A stretch of 64,000 nt of DNA from Candidatus Eiseniibacteriota bacterium (GCA_963783375.1 CAWANH010000028.1:1824001-1888000); one strand, 5' to 3'; shown: positions 30,306 to 42,100, counted from the stretch's first letter. Notes: generated by a model not told the origin, from the letters alone. Numbers and translations: made by a program.

Positions 30306-32154
30306 CTAACGCGTTCCCAGGGCTTCCAGGATCCCCCCCGCCATTTCGAAGCGGTTGAAGGGGGGCATGAGGTAGGCGCCCTGGCAGAGCGGCCGCACCC
30401 GGTTCACGAACTCGATGGCGATGGCCACGCCTTCCTCGAGCCCGTGTTCCCCCGCCCGGTGCATGCGTTCGCGGATGGGGGCGGGGACCATCATGCCGGG
30501 GATCTCGTTGTGGATGAACTCGGCGTGGCGGGCGTTGCGAAGCGGAAGCACCCCCACGCAGATCGGGATGGGCAGCGGTCCGAAGCGATCCAGGAACCGC
30601 TCCAGGTCGTCGGGGTCGTAGATGGGCTGGGTGAAGATGAAGTGCGCCCCGGCGTCGATCTTCCGCTGGAGCTTGTCGATCTCGGCCGCCGGGTCCACCG
30701 CGGTGGGGTTGGCGGCCACGCAGATCCGGAACTGGGTGGGCTCGTCGGTGGGGCTCCCGGTCAGATCCTTCCCCCGGTTGAGCGCGGTGATGAGGCGGGT
30801 CAAGGACACCGAATCCAGGTCGAAGACGTCGGTGGCCTGGAGGTAGCCTCCCACCTGCACGGGGTCGCCGGTGATGGCGATGACGTTCCGGATGCCCAGC
30901 GCATGGGCCCCGAACAGCTCGGACTGAGTGCCGAGAACGTTCCGATCCCGGCAGGCCATGTGGAGGAGGGTCTCGATTCCCGCGTCGCGCTGGATGATGT
31001 GGCAGAAGGCGCTCGGGCTCATCCGGGGCCGGGCCAGGGGGCTGTCCGCCACGTTGATGGCGTCGGCGCCCTTGCCCTTCAGATACACCGCGCTCTTCAC
31101 GAAGCGCTCCACGTTCACCCCGCGCGGGGGGTCGATCTCCACCGAGACCGCGAAGCGGCTCCCCAGCATCTCGAAGAAGCCGGAGGGACGCGCGATTTCC
31201 GGGGCGGCCGGAGCCGGGTGGGGCTCGGCCACCTCCACCGCCGGAGCGTGTCCGGGACGGCGGGGGACCTGTCCCCGGACGGCCTGGGCCAGGGCCTCGA
31301 CGTGGTTCGGGGTCGTCCCACAGCAGCCGCCGATCCCCGCCGCCCCCAGCTCCACCGCCCGCCGGGCAAACTCCCCCAGGTACTCGGGGGAGGAGAGGTA
31401 GAGGTAGCGGCCGCCGACCAGGCTCGGGAGCCCGGCGTTGGGCATCACCAGCACCGGGACCGAGGAGGCGGGGACGAGCTTCTCCAGCACTTCGAGCACG
31501 CCCTGGGGTCCCACGCTGCAGTTGGCCCCGATCGCCGCCGCCCCCTCCGCCGACAGAAGCCGCGCGGCCTCGGCGGGCTTGTTCCCCACCAGGGTCTTCC
31601 CCTCCTCGGTGAAGGTCAGGAGCACCACCACCGGCACGCCCAGGTCGCGGCACGATCGGAGCGCGATCAGCCGCCTCGTCGAGGTTGGTCTGGGTTTCCA
31701 CCACCAGGAGATCGGCCCCCGCCTCGACCAGGGCCCCGCCCTGCTCCCGGTACGCCTCGCCTGCCTCCTCGGGGGTGACGTGGCCGATCGGCACCAGGTG
31801 TTTTCCCAGGGGCCCCATCGACCCCGCCACCAGCGCCCGGCCCCCCGAGGCTTCCTTGGCCAGACGGACCCCGGCGTGATTGATGGCGCGGAGCTCCCCG
31901 GCATGGTTCCCATCGGCCAGCCGGTAGCGGTTCGCCCCGAAGGTGTTGGTCTCCAGGATCTCCGCCCCCGCCTCTACGTAGGCCCGGTGCACCCCGCGGA
32001 CCAGGTCCGGCTGGGAGAGGTTCAGGGCGTCGAAGCACTGGGAGAACGGGATTCCCGCCTGGTACAGCATCGTCCCCATGGCCCCGTCGAAGACGACGAC
32101 CCGGGATTGGAGAAGCTCGGAGAAATGGGAGCGCGAACGGGAGGTTTCAGGCAT
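30306..32154 (-). CDS. yitJ: Bifunctional homocysteine S-methyltransferase/methylenetetrahydrofolate reductase, with one +1 frameshift near 31671
   Basis: DGAMGT and ETNTFGAN in one frame; GANCSVGP, GGCCGTTP, VEIDPP, CRDRN, TQPIY in another. Removing one G in GAGGCGGCTG restores DEALIAL. Confidence 0.88.
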
Positions 32155-32358
32155 TCGACCGACAAGTATAGCAGGGGGGAGGGGCGCGGCGGCATCTCCG
32201 GGCGCCGGCGAAACCGAGGCCACGGCGGGCGCTCACCGCCGTGGCCGGATCGGGGCCGGAGTGATAAGATTCCCGGCCCGACGGGTCCCCGGACGGGGCG
32301 CGCGGCCGCGGGGGCCGGGCGGACCGTCGACCGCCCACGAGACCGGCGAACCAACCCC

Positions 32359-32976
32359 ATGATCGAAGTCCAGCTTACCGACATCGACCGCTCCTTCGCC
32401 GACCGCCGGGTATTGCGGGGGATCAACGTCACCCTGCGGGGGGGGGACCGCCTCCTGGTCCGTGGCCCCAACGGGAGCGGAAAGAGCACCCTCCTCAAGA
32501 TCTTCGCCCAGCTCCTCACCCCCACCGGGGGGACGGTCCGTGTCACCGAGGACGGGGCCGAGCGGGATGAGGCCTGGCGGCGGCGGGCCACCGGCTACCT
32601 CGCCCCCGACCTGGTCCTCTACGAGGAGTTCTCGCCCCTCGAGAACCTGGACTTCTTCGGTCGGCTCAGGGGGATCGGCCGTGATCACGCCCGGGACGGT
32701 GCCCTGCTCGACCGGCTGGGGCTGGGAAAGCGCCTCCACGACCCGGTGGGGACCCTCTCCACCGGCATGCGCCAGCGGGCCAAGCTGGCCTTCGCTCTGC
32801 AGGCCGGGCCGCGGCTCCTTCTCCTGGACGAGCCCGGATCCAACCTGGACGCTCCGGGGCGCGAATTGGTGACCAAAGCGGTGGACGATTATGCGGGGGG
32901 TGGGGGTATAGTGGTCGTGGCCAGCAACGACCCGGCGGAGTTCGGGTTGGGGACGAGCACCCTTGAGCTGGCTTAG
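32359..32976 (+). CDS. ccmA: Heme exporter ATP-binding protein
   Basis: GPNGSGKST, LSTGMRQR, LLLLDEP; first gene of the ccm operon. Confidence 0.88.
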   Translation: MIEVQLTDIDRSFADRRVLRGINVTLRGGDRLLVRGPNGSGKSTLLKIFAQLLTPTGGTVRVTEDGAERDEAWRRRATGYLAPDLVLYEEFSPLENLDFFGRLRGIGRDHARDGALLDRLGLGKRLHDPVGTLSTGMRQRAKLAFALQAGPRLLLLDEPGSNLDAPGRELVTKAVDDYAGGGGIVVVASNDPAEFGLGTSTLELA

Positions 32977-33631
32977 GGGCGCCCTGGCCATTCTGGCCAA
33001 GGACGTGCGTTCGGAGGTGCGGACCCGGTCTGCCCTGAACGCGGTGGTGCTGTTCGCGGTGGTCACCCTGACCGTGGTCAGTTACTCGTTGGGGGGCTTC
33101 GGGTTATCGCCGGAGGTGCACTCATCCCTTCTCTGGATAATCTTGTTCTTTGCTGCGATGGCGGGCCTATCCCGTACGTTTGTGGTCGAAGCGGAGAGAG
33201 GGACGGAGCGGGCGCTGAGGCTGTCGGCCTCGGGCCCTCAGATCTACCTGGGAAAGCTGCTTTTCAATCTCGCGCTTTTGGGTCTACTTGACCTGATTCT
33301 GATCCCGCTCTTCCAGGTGCTGTTGCCGATCCGGGAGGCGAACTGGGGACTTCTCTTCACGGGGTTGGCCCTGGGGAGCGTGGCCCTGGCCGCGTCCACC
33401 ACGCTGGTGGCGGCCATCGTCTCCCAGGCGGGGGTGAAAGGAGCGCTCTTCACGGTGCTCTCCTTTCCCATCCTGATCCCGGTCCTGGTGGCCGGGGTGG
33501 GATCGACCCGGAAAGCGATGATGGGAAACGGGTTCGCCGACGCCGGAACCGAGATCCAGCTTCTGGTGTCATACGCCGGGGTGATGATCACCCTGGCCTT
33601 CCTGCTCATCGACTTCGTGTGGCAGGAATAG
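32963..33631 (+). CDS. ccmB: Heme exporter protein B
   Basis: KDVRSEVRTR, EAERGT, LFTVLSFPILIP; 6 TM helices; TTG start overlapping ccmA. Confidence 0.9.
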   Translation: MSWLRGALAILAKDVRSEVRTRSALNAVVLFAVVTLTVVSYSLGGFGLSPEVHSSLLWIILFFAAMAGLSRTFVVEAERGTERALRLSASGPQIYLGKLLFNLALLGLLDLILIPLFQVLLPIREANWGLLFTGLALGSVALAASTTLVAAIVSQAGVKGALFTVLSFPILIPVLVAGVGSTRKAMMGNGFADAGTEIQLLVSYAGVMITLAFLLIDFVWQE

Positions 33632-33642
33632 GAGGAACCGGA

Positions 33643-34347
33643 ATGGGCAAGCTGGCCAAGTGGGTCCTGGGCATCTGGATGGTGGCGGCCATCGTCCTGT
33701 CCTTCACCTATGCCCCCGAGGCCACCCGTCCCAACTTCGGACACCTCGACCCGGTGACCGGCCAGCCGCTGATGCAGCCGTGGCCCGCCTTCCGCATCTT
33801 CTTCTTCCACGTCCCCGCGGCCTGGATCGCCGTCCTCGCCTTCGCGGTGGCCATGATCGTGAGCATCATGGTGCTCCGCCGGCCCCGGGAGCGGCTGGAC
33901 GACATCGCCCTGGCCAGCTCCGAGCTGGGATTCCTCTTCTCGGCCCTGGCCCTGGTGAGCGGGATGATCTGGGCGCGGCTGGAGTGGGGAGCGTTCTGGA
34001 ACTGGGACCCCCGCCAGAACACCATTCTCATCCTCCTCCTCATCTACGCCGGGTATTTCACCCTGCGCTCGGCGGTCCCGGATCCCCTCAAGCGGACGCG
34101 ACTTGCCGCGGTGTACTCGATTCTGGCCTTCGTCACGGTGCCGTTCCTGGTCTTCCTGGTGCCGCGGATCATGGACAGCCTCCATCCCTCGCCGATCATC
34201 AAGACCGGCCCGCGGAGCGGGTCCATGAATCCCCGTATGCTCCAGGTATTCTTCATGTTCCTCGTAGGGTATACCGGGCTCTACGTTTGGATCCTGGCTC
34301 TCAAGGTGCGGAGCCTGGGGCTCTCCCGGTGGGTGCGTGCGCAATGA
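33643..34347 (+). CDS. ccmC: Heme exporter protein C
   Basis: RIFFFHVPAAW, WGAFWNWDPR (WWD domain), SLHP; GGAGGA RBS. Confidence 0.92.
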   Translation: MGKLAKWVLGIWMVAAIVLSFTYAPEATRPNFGHLDPVTGQPLMQPWPAFRIFFFHVPAAWIAVLAFAVAMIVSIMVLRRPRERLDDIALASSELGFLFSALALVSGMIWARLEWGAFWNWDPRQNTILILLLIYAGYFTLRSAVPDPLKRTRLAAVYSILAFVTVPFLVFLVPRIMDSLHPSPIIKTGPRSGSMNPRMLQVFFMFLVGYTGLYVWILALKVRSLGLSRWVRAQ

Positions 34348-34469
34348 ACCCGACCTACGCTATCCTGATTGCCATCATGGTCATCTGGGTGGGGGTGTTC
34401 CTGTATCTGGTCGCCCTCGACCGCAAGCTCGACCGGATCTCCAGGGAGATGAAACGTCATGAAAGGTAA
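34344..34469 (+). CDS. ccmD: CcmD-like small membrane protein (41 aa)
   Basis: MNPTYAILIAIMVIWVGVFLYLVALDRKLDRISREMKRHER: one TM plus basic tail, ATGA overlap with ccmC, located between ccmC and ccmE. Confidence 0.8.
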   Translation: MNPTYAILIAIMVIWVGVFLYLVALDRKLDRISREMKRHER

Positions 34470-34926
34470 ACGGAGACTCATCATCGGGCTGATCGTGCTG
34501 GGAGTGTTCGGCGCCCTGGCCGCCAAGAACATGAACCGCACCATCACCCCCTACGTTTCCTTCAACGATGCCAAGGCGAGCGAACGCCCGGTCCAGGTGG
34601 CCGGTTTCCCGGACCACCCCAAGGCCTATTTCGATCCGTCGAGCGGGCTGTTTCGCTTCACCATGACCGACGAGGACGGCGAAACGATGCCGGTCTCCTA
34701 CGAGGGGGCGCGCCCGGGAAATTTCGACCAGGCCCAGAGCGTGGTGGTGGTGGGCCGCTACCATCAGGGGACGCTTCAGGCCAGCCAGATCCTGGTGAAA
34801 TGCCCCTCCAAGTACCAGGCCGAGGAAGAGGCGGGGATGGAACATCCCGGCGAACCCGGCTCCTCACCTGATACCGGAACCGATTCCGGGGCGAAGACCG
34901 CGGCCACCGCGGCGGAAACGGATTGA
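34459..34926 (+). CDS. ccmE: Heme chaperone CcmE, CxxxY (System I*) type
   Basis: N-terminal TM, YEGARPGNF, ASQILVKCPSKY. Confidence 0.92.
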   Translation: MKGKRRLIIGLIVLGVFGALAAKNMNRTITPYVSFNDAKASERPVQVAGFPDHPKAYFDPSSGLFRFTMTDEDGETMPVSYEGARPGNFDQAQSVVVVGRYHQGTLQASQILVKCPSKYQAEEEAGMEHPGEPGSSPDTGTDSGAKTAATAAETD

Positions 34927-34930
34927 TCCG

Positions 34931-37495
34931 ATGATCACGTTCGGTTATGGGCTACTCATCTTCGCGGCGGTGTCGACCGGGGTGGCCATGCTCGGGTACC
35001 TGCCCGGACTCCGCAAGGACTCGGGTTCGGCCAACCTGAAGCTGGCCCGCCCGGCGGTCTACGTGAGCACCCTGGCCGTGGTGGCCACCGCGGCATGGCT
35101 CTGGCACCTGATCCTCAGCCACCAGTTCCAGTACAGCTACGTTTTCCGGTACTCGAACCTCGAGATGCCGTTCAAGTACGTGGTGGCGTCGTTCTGGGGC
35201 GGCCAGGAGGGGACGTTCCTGCTCTGGGCCACCTACGGCTCGCTGCTGGCGCTCTTCCTGAGGTTCAAGGCCCGCCAGTACGAGGCTCCGGTTCTCTTTT
35301 TCTACCTGGGCATCAACCTCTTCCTGATGCTGATGCTGCTGAAGGCCAACCCCTTCGCGCTCATGGCCCAGGTCCCGGCGGACGGGAACGGCCTGAACCC
35401 GCTGCTTCAGGACCCGTGGATGACCATTCATCCGCCGATCATGTTCTTCGGGTTCGCCTCCCTGGGCATTCCCGCGGCCTACGCCATGGCCGCGCTGGTC
35501 AAGGAGGACTGGGACAACTGGGTGCGCCGCGCGATCCCCTTCACCACCTTCGGGGTGATGGCCCTGGGAACGGGGCTCCTCCTGGGCGGATACTGGGCCT
35601 ACAGCATCCTCGGCTGGGGCGGCTTCTGGGGCTGGGACCCGGTCGAGAACTCGTCCCTGGTCCCGTGGCTGGTGGCGGTGGCGCTCCTCCACAACCAGGT
35701 GATCCAGAACAAGAAGGGGATCTTCCGCCGGATCAACATCTTCCTGGCCATGCTCCCCTTCGTGCTCCTCACCTACTCCACCTTCCTCACCCGGAGCGGG
35801 GTGCTTGCCGACTTCTCGGTGCACTCGTTCACCGATCTCGGGATCAACCAGTTCCTGGTCGCGTTCATGGTGGTGTTCCTGGGCGGCGGGCTGGCGCTGT
35901 TCGCGTTCAAGTTCCGCCGGATCCCGGTGGACAAGATCCAGGCTCCGCTCTTCAGCCGGGAGTACTTCATCTTCCTGGGTTCGCTGGCCTTCGGTCTCTT
36001 CGCGTTGTTCGTTCTTCTGGGCACCTCCTCGCCCCTCCTCTCCAGGCTCTGGGGCCATCCCGCGAACGTGCAGCCCGAGTTCTACAACCGGACCGGCCTT
36101 CCCTTCGCCATCCTGATCGGCGTTCTCATGGGGGTCTCGCCTTTCCTCTTCTGGAGCCGGAACGACTTCCGGGCGGTCCTGCCCAGGCTCATGTGGCCGG
36201 TCGGGGCCTCGGTGATCGCGCTCCCGATCCTCTACGTTGCGGGGGTCAAGAACCTGGAATACCTGGCCATGCTGGACGCCGGGATCTTCGCCGCCCTGGG
36301 CAACGCCACGGTGATGGTGCTGGTGATGCGGCAGAACTGGAGCGGGATCGGCGGCTACCTGGCCCACATCGGAATCGGGCTGGCCATGATCGGCATCCTC
36401 ACCTCCACCGGTTTCGGCGAGAAGAAGACCGTGGTCCTTCCCCGGGGCGAGGAAGTCCGCGCGGTGGGCTACGGATTCAAGTTCATGGGGGTCCGTCCGA
36501 TCGAGGACGGGAAGAAGAACGCCTACGACGTGGCGCTCCGCACCGCGGGCGGCGCCTACCTCGTTTCCCCCACCATGTTCTTCAGCGACTTCAACGGCGG
36601 CATGATGAAGAAGCCGGCCATCCAGCCCTTCTTCGTCCGTGACGTCTACCTCTCGCCCATCGGGTACGCCCAGGATCGCTTGAGCGACCGCATCGAGACC
36701 CCGCTCATGCTCATGCCGGACAAGCCGCAGACCCTGAACGGCATGACCTTCACCCTGAAGGACATCCAGACCACCGCCATGGCCGACGACGGGCACGGAC
36801 ACGACTCCCAGGGCCAGGACGTGACCGCCACCATCCTGGCCGAGGCGGGGGGGGAGAGCGTCACGATCAAGCCGGTGCTCAAGACCTTCGCCGACGGCCA
36901 CACCGAGGTGGCTCCGGCCATGGTGCCCGCCACCGGCTCCCAGGTCACCCTGGAAGCGGCCGGGGCGATGGTGAGCGCGGCCAAGATCGGGGTGGGGCGG
37001 CCTCCCCTGGTGCTCAGCCAGGGTGAGTCCGGGACCCAGGGGGAGTACACGATCACCCTCCAGGGATTCGACGTGGAGCAGGCGACCCGGCCCGGGGGCA
37101 GCGTGAAGGTCTACGCCCACTCCACGGTCTCGGTCGGCGGGCAGGAGTACCACCTGCAGCCCGGCCTGATCAGCCGTCCCGGGCAGGACGAGCTCGAGTC
37201 CATCGAGGCCCCGATCGGGCGGACCGGGATGAACCTGGTCCTGGCCGACCTCGAGGCCACGACCGGCAAGGCCCACTTCCAGGTGGCTCCCACCCCCCAG
37301 GAGTATCTCTACGCCGAGGCCAGCACCAAGCCCTTCATCGTGCTCCTGTGGATCGGGACCGCGGTGGTCCTGATCGGGCTGGTCATGTCCACCCTGAACC
37401 GGGGCCGGATGGCGGGGCGCCTCTCCGCCCAGGTCGCGGGGAGCAACAAGAAGGTCGCGGTGCTCAAGAAGAACGGGAAGCGGCACGCGGCGTAG
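34931..37495 (+). CDS. ccmF: Cytochrome c synthetase CcmF with an enlarged periplasmic region
   Basis: [60 protein letters not shown]. Confidence 0.93.
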   Translation: MITFGYGLLIFAAVSTGVAMLGYLPGLRKDSGSANLKLARPAVYVSTLAVVATAAWLWHLILSHQFQYSYVFRYSNLEMPFKYVVASFWGGQEGTFLLWATYGSLLALFLRFKARQYEAPVLFFYLGINLFLMLMLLKANPFALMAQVPADGNGLNPLLQDPWMTIHPPIMFFGFASLGIPAAYAMAALVKEDWDNWVRRAIPFTTFGVMALGTGLLLGGYWAYSILGWGGFWGWDPVENSSLVPWLVAVALLHNQVIQNKKGIFRRINIFLAMLPFVLLTYSTFLTRSGVLADFSVHSFTDLGINQFLVAFMVVFLGGGLALFAFKFRRIPVDKIQAPLFSREYFIFLGSLAFGLFALFVLLGTSSPLLSRLWGHPANVQPEFYNRTGLPFAILIGVLMGVSPFLFWSRNDFRAVLPRLMWPVGASVIALPILYVAGVKNLEYLAMLDAGIFAALGNATVMVLVMRQNWSGIGGYLAHIGIGLAMIGILTSTGFGEKKTVVLPRGEEVRAVGYGFKFMGVRPIEDGKKNAYDVALRTAGGAYLVSPTMFFSDFNGGMMKKPAIQPFFVRDVYLSPIGYAQDRLSDRIETPLMLMPDKPQTLNGMTFTLKDIQTTAMADDGHGHDSQGQDVTATILAEAGGESVTIKPVLKTFADGHTEVAPAMVPATGSQVTLEAAGAMVSAAKIGVGRPPLVLSQGESGTQGEYTITLQGFDVEQATRPGGSVKVYAHSTVSVGGQEYHLQPGLISRPGQDELESIEAPIGRTGMNLVLADLEATTGKAHFQVAPTPQEYLYAEASTKPFIVLLWIGTAVVLIGLVMSTLNRGRMAGRLSAQVAGSNKKVAVLKKNGKRHAA

Positions 37496-37612
37496 TCGCG
37501 GGCGGTTCGGCGGGCTCTGTTCGGCGGAAGACAATTCGAGGCCCCGGGTGGTTCACCCGGGGCCTCGGTACTTCGAGGCGCGACGCGCCGCTCCGCGCGG
37601 GGGCGACCCGGA

Positions 37613-38827
37613 TCAGGAGCGGTCGCCGGGCTCCAGGAACTCCCGGTGGAGCGCCCGCTGGGCGGCCTCACGGCTCCCGCGGAACCAGGAAGGTGAGGCT
37701 CAGGTTCCCGGTGTCGAAGGCCGAAGGCACGATCCCCGCCGCGGCAAACGCGCGCTGGGCCCGGGCGGCCACCGCGGGGGCGTCCAGGACCCCGGTTCCC
37801 ACCACCGAGACCGAGGCGTGCTCCCGGCCGACGGTCATCCGGCCGCCGTGTCGCACGGTAAGCTCCTGGAGCTTTGCCAGCAGGTCCTCCAGCTCCGGCC
37901 GGACCGGCATGTGGAAGGCCAGGTGGGTGCGCGCGGCGTCCCCGTACTGGTGGAGCGCCACCGCCTCGTCCAGAAGCGTCGTCCAGAGCCTCGAAGAAGG
38001 CGATGCGGGAGTCTCCGGAGAATTCCAGGTCCTCCATGCGCACCTCGGCCACCCGGTCCCGCCCGGTCACCGCCGCCACCTCGGGTCCCGATTCGATCGG
38101 TTGTCCTTCCACCAGGGTTCCCGCCCCCTTTCTGAACGTCGAGCGCACCTGGAAGGGGAGCCGCCGTCGCCGGGCCAGCTCCACCGCCCGCGCGTGCATG
38201 ACCCCCGCCCCGTGGCAGGCCAGCTCCAGCATGGTATCCCAGCTCACCCGGCGAAGGAGCCGCCCCGCGGGAACCGTTCGCGGATCCGCGGTCATCACCC
38301 CCGCCACGTCGGTGTAGATCTCGCAGAGATCGGCGCCGAGGCCCACCGCCAGGGCCACCGCGCTGGTGTCGCTTCCACCCCGGCCCAGGGTCGTCACCTC
38401 CTTCTCGCGGCTCACCCCCTGGAAGCCGGCCACGATCACCACCCGGCCGCGGTCCAGCTCGGGGCCGATCCGGATGGGGCGGATCTCGAGGATGCGCGCC
38501 CGGGTATGGGCGGTGTCGGTGATGATGCCGCTCTGGCTCCCGGTGAAGGAGATCGCCGCCACCCCCCGGGTCTCGAGAGCCATGGAGAGAAGGGCCATGG
38601 AGATGCGCTCGCCGGCGGTGAGGAGCATGTCCATCTCGCGGCGGCTCGGCCGCTCGGTGACCCGGGCGGCCAGGGTGAGGAGCCGGTCGGTGGTGTGCCC
38701 CATGGCCGAGACGACCACGACGACGCGGTCCGCCGGCCCGGTGGCGGGCGGCGATGCGGTCGGCCACCCGCTGGATCCGCCTGGGGGTGCCGACCGAGGT
38801 GCCGCCGTATTTCTGGACCACCAGCAC
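37613..38827 (-). pseudogene. lysC: Aspartate kinase broken by three frameshifts (pseudogene or sequencing errors)
   Basis: [48 protein letters not shown] domain, ending ALHREF; frame switches near 38730, 37977 and 37672. Confidence 0.85.
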
Positions 38828-38924
38828 GCGCGCCTCCCTACGACCGATTCGGCCGCCCCGTTTGGCGGGGGCCTGGAACACCCGACGGAGTATAGGGTTG
38901 GACGGCCCGGAGGTCAAAATTCCG

Positions 38925-38953
38925 TTGACGGGCGCGCCACCGGGCTATAGTCT
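38925..38953 (+). promoter_or_regulatory. Sigma70-type promoter of tRNA-Gly
   Basis: TTGACG (38925-38930), 17 bp spacer, TAGTCT (38948-38953). Confidence 0.55.
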
Positions 38954-38984
38954 TTTCGCTCCCCTGCTGGGGGTCGGATTTCGA

Positions 38985-39060
38985 GCGGAAGTAGCTCAGC
39001 TGGTAGAGCTCCACCTTGCCAAGGTGGTTGTCGCGGGTTCGAGTCCCGTCTTCCGCTCCA
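38985..39060 (+). tRNA. tRNA-Gly(GCC)
   Basis: GCGGAAGTAGCTCAGCTGGTAGAGCTCCACCTTGCCAAGGTGGTTGTCGCGGGTTCGAGTCCCGTCTTCCGCTCCA: 76 nt cloverleaf, anticodon GCC, encoded CCA. Confidence 0.98.
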
Positions 39061-39153
39061 TTTCTTCCTCCCGAGCGCCGCTCGGTCTCCAAACACGAGA
39101 GGGTGCCCACCCTATGGTGATCGCCCTTGTGAAACGTGGTTCCCAGGTACTCG

Positions 39154-42100
39154 CTACCGGATGACGACTATTCTCCGGGTCGCTTCGAACGTCCCAGCCC
39201 GAAGCCGGTAGAGATAAACGCCGGCGGCGGCTGGTTGCCCCGAGCTGTCCGCTCCGTCCCAGGCGATCTCGTGCCTGCCCACGGGCAGGACCTCCCGGGC
39301 CAGGGTGCGCACCAGCCTCCCGGTGACGTCGAACACCTCCAGTGAGACCGCTGCCTCTGCCGGCAGGTCGAAGGCGATGCGGGAACCCGCTCGTAGCGGA
39401 TTGGGCATGGCTCCTCGCAGGGCGAATACGGTGGGAGTTACCGATCCTTCGCCCACTGCGGTGACCGACCCGGAGGATGCCGGGTCACTCTCGTTGCCTG
39501 CGTAGTCCAGGGCGGTGATCTTGTAGAAGACCGATCCCGGATCGGCGGGGGAGTCCTGCCAGGAGGTCGTAGCGGTCTCGTGAACCAGGGTTTCCGGGCC
39601 GGGTAGGAATCCGGGGTCGGTGGAGCGGTAGACCCGGAAGTATTGAAAGTCGGGTTCGGGAGCAGGATCCCAGGACAGGCCCACGGCACCCACGCTGAAG
39701 ATGGCAGCGAGCCCCTGGGGCACGCCGGGAGCGAGGTTGTCCACAGAATACCCGCTGTCGGGATGGGAATCAAAGAAGACCCCGGGTGTCGCCGTGAGTG
39801 CACTCACCATGAAGGTGGTCACGTAGAGGCCCGAGGCAATGGTGGAGTCCGCGAGGGTAGGAACGATCACGGCGTAGTCGTCCTCGACCCGGACCGGCAC
39901 CGTGGTGAGGAAATCCCATCCTGCGGCCTGCATCGTCGCGGCGTGCTGTGCGGTGGCATGGGAGAGGCCCGAGTACGAGGAAGGCACGAGCGTGGGGGAG
40001 GGACCGGACAGGCCCGGGTCGATCTTCCGGTAGACGGCGTACTCCACGATCTGCTCGGGATCGCCGATGAAGTCGTGAGCGCTACGACGCCACTCCACGC
40101 GGACCTGTCGGCCCTGGTCGTTGGGGACGTCGCCGACCGCGGTGATCTCACCGAAGTCGTTGAGCCACTCGGCGGTGACACCCGTGACCTTCGGGCTTTG
40201 CCCGACATACTCCAGGCTCGAGCGCCAGATCAAGTCGGTCCCGGACGCGCCGAACGTCGCCCATTCACCCGCAACGACGCTCTGGAAATTGAGACCGTCG
40301 TCGGCACTGAGCTCCCAAGAGATCCCCGGCGTTTCGGAAGGCACTACGCGGCCCTTCAGGATTACATCGTCGGCGCCGTCCACGGCCACGGACCGTGCAC
40401 TGTTGTTGGCCAGATCCGACTCATCCTGGAGAAATTGAACGATCTGGATGTCGTTATTGGAATTGGTCCCCACGAATGCGTGGTGGCCGGACACAGCGAT
40501 GCGGCGCGCTGTGGACCCCGGCAGATCCAGCACGCCGATCTCTCCGGGGTCTAGTGGGTCTGAGATGTCCAGAACATAAAGTAGAGACGTGCCAGAAGTG
40601 CCAAGAATAGCAACATCCCCGGTGACATCGACACCGGCGATATTCGCTCCAGGGTCAAATACCGACGTGCTTGACAGGGCCGCAGGATTGGTCGCGTCCA
40701 TGAGAACGAGACCGTAGCCGCCAACGAAGACATTGTCTCCGGCGACGGCGATTTGCCCGGCGCTGCATAGACACACGGAAATGTCGTCCAGCAAGACGAG
40801 CCCCGAGGGATTGGTGATATCAATGCTGTAGAGCGAAGTGCCGCTGGTAAAGAAGGCCGTGGCGCCGTCGATCTCAATGTCGCCGGGGAATCCGTTCAGG
40901 ATGATCAGAGAATCCAAGAGAACCGGTGCACCCGGGTTTGAGATGTCCAGCGCACCGAATCCGGTCCACTCTGCCCCGAAGTACGCGACCCCGCCGGCAA
41001 TGTTCACCGTTCGGGTAGTCCCCACAGTGGGATGCGTGGACAGTGGGACCGGGGAGGAGGTGTCGGATATGTCCACAAGGATGACTCCCGCTGTGTCCGC
41101 GGCGAGGGCGGCCAGATCTCCGCTCACAGACACGTCCCACACCTTGGGCGCGCCGGGCGGCACATAGTTGCCCACCTCCATCGGCGCGGCGGGATCAGTT
41201 ACGTCGAGAATGCGCAACCCACCGGTGGAGCTGGCCGAGTAGAGGAGATTCCCGGAGACTTCGACTCCGTCGGCTCTTCCGGTGAGGGAGAGCCCGGCCA
41301 CTGAAACCGGCGGAAAGGCGTCGGCCACGCGAATGATCCTGAGCCCCTCACCGCTGTCGGCCACGAAGGCGTGCTTTCCGGCGGTCTCGATGCCCGCCGC
41401 GGTTCCCGGGGTGTCCAGGGTCTGAACAATCGTGGGAGCGGCGGGATTGCTCACGTCCACGACCTGGAGGCCGTCGCTCCCGTCGGCGACAAGAACGCGG
41501 TCACCGTCGGCAACCACCTTGGAGGCGGAACCGGGAGTGTCTACGGTGCCCACGAGCGAGGGGCTCGTGGGATCGGTAACGTCGATGATCTGAAGCCCGG
41601 CGCTTCCGTCGGCCACATAAGCGTAGTTTCCATCCACAAAGACGCCGAAAGCGCTCCCGGGAGTATCGTAGGCTCCTTCCAGGGTCGGCACCGAGGGGTT
41701 GCTGATGTCGATGATCTGCAGTCCGGAATTGAAGTCGGCCACGAAGACAAGACTGCCCTCGACGAACAGGTCCGCCACCAGGTGCGCCGTATTGAAGGAT
41801 CCGAGCAGGGTGGGGCTGGTCGGATTGGAGAGATCAAGCACTTCGATGCCGGAGAGACCTACGCCGATGACGGCCAGGTTACCTAGGACGGCAACCTTGT
41901 CGGGAGTGGTTGCGGGGTTGTAGAACCCGACCAGGGTCGGTGTGGTCGGGTCGGCAATATCAACCACGAGGAGGCCCGGGGTCCCATCGGCAAGATAGGC
42001 ATAATCGCCGTACAGGGCCACATCCTGGACGTTGTTTGCCGGTCCGTAGGTTCCGGCGATGCCAGGAGCCGTGAGGTCGGAGACGTCGATTACCTGAAGA

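Noticed and set aside
31660-31685. Programmed ribosomal frameshifting in yitJ (and likewise in lysC)
   Set aside because: No slippery heptamer or homopolymer at the shift sites, and these families are not known to use recoding; error or mutation is more parsimonious.
28993-32223. 1076-aa ORF as a novel methyltransferase fusion
   Set aside because: Only the first ~160 codons from 32154 are real (yitJ N-terminus). The rest is out-of-frame read-through after the frameshift and antisense to ldh.
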